Part shown: positions 62,301-64,000 of the stretch, piece after piece | Numbering within the stretch: position 1 is the stretch's first letter | Layout of the letters: each line of letters starts with the position of its first letter | Assembly: GCF_964204645.1 (NCBI RefSeq) | Contig: NC_134028.1 | Location: 21,200,345 to 21,264,344, forward strand | Reading direction: 5' to 3' | DNA from: Tubulanus polymorphus | Lineage: Eukaryota > Animalia > Nemertea | Length of the DNA: 64,000 nt | The notes under the pieces: generated by a model | The model's database searches: none | What the model was told of the DNA's origin: nothing | The model's input: only the letters and a program-made list of their open reading frames with translations | Position numbers and translations under genes: made by a program

Positions 62301-62844
62301 GACTTTGACAGGATCTAAACCTACGTGATACGTGCATTTAAGCTTTATTTTGAAACTGGAATCGATGAGAGTAATTTTGAATAATTCTGCGCAATCATGG
62401 TCGCAATCAATGTTGATATTTTGGCGCAAACCTGTAGGGTATATCGGCCCACGTTGAGGGTTTCTCTCTAGGGGTATTTTTTTAAGGTTTCACCCCTAAA
62501 AGTAATTTTGAAGCCGTTTCACTTACCTCGGTTATCAATGACGTCAAAGCATTAGTAAAGTCGTAATCAAATTCTACACACTTGGAACCATTGAACGAAC
62601 ATAATCTGTCGGTATTATTTGGTAAAGAGGCGTTTTCGGCAAGTCTGAGACAAGTCCACGGGGGAACGTAATGAGAAAATATATACAGCATGATAACATT
62701 TATGTTCGGGAGATCCATCAGAGTCAGAATCACAAATATGCGAATTTGAAACCTCCCGAAATGACCAAGTGTTTCCAATATTTCTTCAAACGAACTATTA
62801 TTTTTCTTAGCATCTTCGCGTATACAATTTTCATCCATCAGCAT
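59367..62844 (-). CDS. SLC22-like copy 3 (diverged paralog, 512 aa, shortened C-tail)
   Basis: Exons 62844-62527, 62139-61911, 61833-61638, 61351-61118, 60841-60707, 60239-60036, 59843-59771, 59516-59367 (1539 nt); internal exon lengths identical to copy 1; TGA after ...DALREYDDKQQE. Confidence 0.88.
61581..61630. repeat. (AGAGGGAGAT)5 minisatellite
   Basis: Five perfect 10-bp units next to the exon 3 donor of copy 3. Confidence 0.85.
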
Positions 62845-63569
62845 AATCTTATATACGCGTGTCTGACTACAGTTGTAAGTCTAATGAGACCCATAGAGGC
62901 GTCGTAGCAAAAACATTTATCCAAATGTCGGAATACATCATTGAATGATTTATAACTATTACTAACGATTTAGCCAAAGATTACGCGCATCGTATTGAAA
63001 GGACCTCGATGGAACCAAACAGATGTTTCTCAAATACCTTTTCCTTTATTGTGAATAAGACAACAGTAAAAATTCACACCACTTAGATCTACAAATTCCT
63101 TCACTACCTAACGATCTTACAATGTGGCGTAAAGCTAAGAGTCGTACGTTTCAAAATTATGATGCGTAACACATTTACAAAAAACAGATATTTTCAACGT
63201 TAAACATCTAACTTTTCAATTATTTCGAGGTCATGCTGATCGTCTTATGTTTGTTTCACTAGTGATCAATGAAAACTCTAAGCAATAACATTCTTCTATT
63301 TGAATTTCATCATAGCTTAGATAAATTAACTATATTTTCAGGCTGGTTGGATATAAGACGCAAAAGAAAACATTATGTGTATACATACATGTAAACATTA
63401 ATTTTCATCCTGTTTGAGTTGATATAATTTCATATTTACAAAAACAATCGTTTAAAAAAGTCCGTAGCAATGAATCGTTCAGTTGGCCTACACCCAACTA
63501 GAATACGGACGACCATTTTTCTACTAGTGAACCTGCCTGCCATAAGTGGAATTCTCGATTGCTCTAGTA

Positions 63570-63730
63570 GTACTGCGGGGCCCCATTATTGGGTTATTAT
63601 AGCTAGGGCTATTAATATGTACACATTTGCCAGCTTTTATATTTATACTATTCATACTATTTTGTTATGCTCGGAAAATTGTATATCTTTTTTTGGAGCA
63701 ATAAACTAAAAACTTGAAACTTGAAACTTG
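63570..63730 (+). mobile_element. LINE/SINE 3' end
   Basis: AATAAAC followed by (AAACTTG)3, the same tail type as 13275-13305; left boundary uncertain. Confidence 0.5.
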
Positions 63731-64000
63731 GGTGATAAATTGATATAAATTGTCCCGAATAAAGAGAGAGAGGGGGGAGCTTCGGATAATTTGACGAACT
63801 TGAGAGAGCTTGGGAGAGTTTGTCGAATAGCTTTAGTGGAGCTTTAACAGAGCTTTAGCGGAGCTTTTGAATGTTAGATCAGAGTTTAGAAAAAGTTGTT
63901 TGGTGGTGGGGAACGGTGATAGAATTGTAGCCTGCAGTGGAAAGAAGGATAAAGATGCTTAAATATCAAACGATACTGATATATCCTAAGTGCTGACTTG

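Noticed and set aside
63751-64000. Possible LTR start (TGT..., short AGCTTT repeats)
   Set aside because: Runs off the window; no second end or TSD to support it.

Overview
AT-rich, intron-containing eukaryotic DNA from an invertebrate animal (lophotrochozoan-like by gene content; species not determinable). Most six-frame ORFs are spurious or single exons, so genes were rebuilt by hand from GT-AG sites with consistent phases. 1-24.1 kb: four GPI-type Ly6/uPAR (quiver/crooked-like) three-finger genes, with two tandem secreted S1 serine proteases between the two minus-strand paralogs. Each protease carries a separate N-terminal six-Cys exon (beta-defensin/clip-like) and has Asn at position 189. 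26.7-30.7 kb: an SLC16/MCT-like transporter and an intronless LicD-family transferase. 34.3-62.9 kb: three SLC22-like transporter copies (one intact, one lacking its last exon after a tandem duplication, one diverged with a shorter C-tail). Mobile DNA is dense: PIF/Harbinger-type MITEs, a TA-flanked MITE, a Kolobok-like element carrying local DNA, a solo LTR with a nested LINE, several LINE fragments, and a Penelope-type remnant with a minimal hammerhead ribozyme. Best novelty candidates: the defensin/clip-like protease pair in the Ly6 cluster, helix-focused divergence of the SLC22 paralogs, and the intronic hammerhead element. All identities and counts are by eye.
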